From Styela clava (taxonomy: Eukaryota), in the NCBI RefSeq assembly GCF_964204865.1, contig NC_135255.1:12648001-12712000 (forward strand): a stretch of DNA of 64,000 nt. Reading direction: 5' to 3'. Below, piece after piece: positions 63,661 through 64,000 of this stretch. Every line of letters starts with the position of its first letter. Position 1 is the stretch's first letter. Under the pieces are notes generated by a model. The model was given only the letters and a program-made list of their open reading frames with translations. It was not told where the DNA came from and did not search any database. Position numbers and translations under genes: made by a program.

Positions 63661-63770
63661 GGCGCTCCCGAAATATGTGCACCAAGATGACGCACAACCT
63701 GAACCCTAACCTGGTACACATACTATGTTCGGGTTGTGCGCCATCTTGGTGTACATACTTCTGGAGGTCC
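63661..63770. mobile_element. ~110-bp hairpin MITE (copy 3)
   Basis: Same arms as copies 1 and 2; perfect 8-bp TSD CGATTTAA; the loop contains AACCCTAACC. Confidence 0.9.
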
Positions 63771-64000
63771 CGATTTAAGATGAGGGCGATGTGCCAGTCA
63801 ATAGCTCACACTCACAGGATTATAGACTGAATGAATTTATGTTTCTTTCACGTTTGTGAAAAAAGATAGTTTGTATTTAACTAAACTACTTGCTTTTTCA
63901 ATATGCTTTTATTGATTTTCTGACTTTTAGAAGAAGAAGAATAAATTCGTTTTATAATTAAATAGGGTCAAAATTATCTGGTTCTGGCATAGTTATGCTG

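Overview
AT-rich, intron-containing animal DNA. The compact introns, gene content and repeat types suggest a marine invertebrate, possibly an ascidian (inference only). The window opens with the 5' half of an apparently intact Ty3/Gypsy LTR retrotransposon on the minus strand (LTR, tRNA-Arg-like PBS, gag, and protease/RT joined by a clear -1 frameshift cassette). Most of the window is a cluster of 13-exon SLC5 Na+/solute symporter genes of the SMCT/NIS/SMVT subfamily. Genes A (+) and B (+) are mirrored by A' (-, apparently intact) and B' (-, pseudogene) in a large inverted duplication with arms of about 15 kb and 12 kb. Its spacer holds an intronless SLC18B1-like MFS transporter and a third copy of the B tail. 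A decayed third A copy carrying an R4/Dong-like LINE fragment and a divergent paralog C (+) follow. The right end has a frameshift-split BTB-BACK-BACK gene whose expected Kelch propeller is replaced by a 7 x 13-aa His/Pro repeat, several hAT elements with 8-bp TSDs, a family of ~110-bp hairpin MITEs and a probable Academ relic. I found no single clearly new system. The best candidates for a second look are the BTB-His/Pro protein, the duplicated intron creating a 19-nt cryptic exon in A', the palindromic transporter locus and the double slippery-site frameshift signal.
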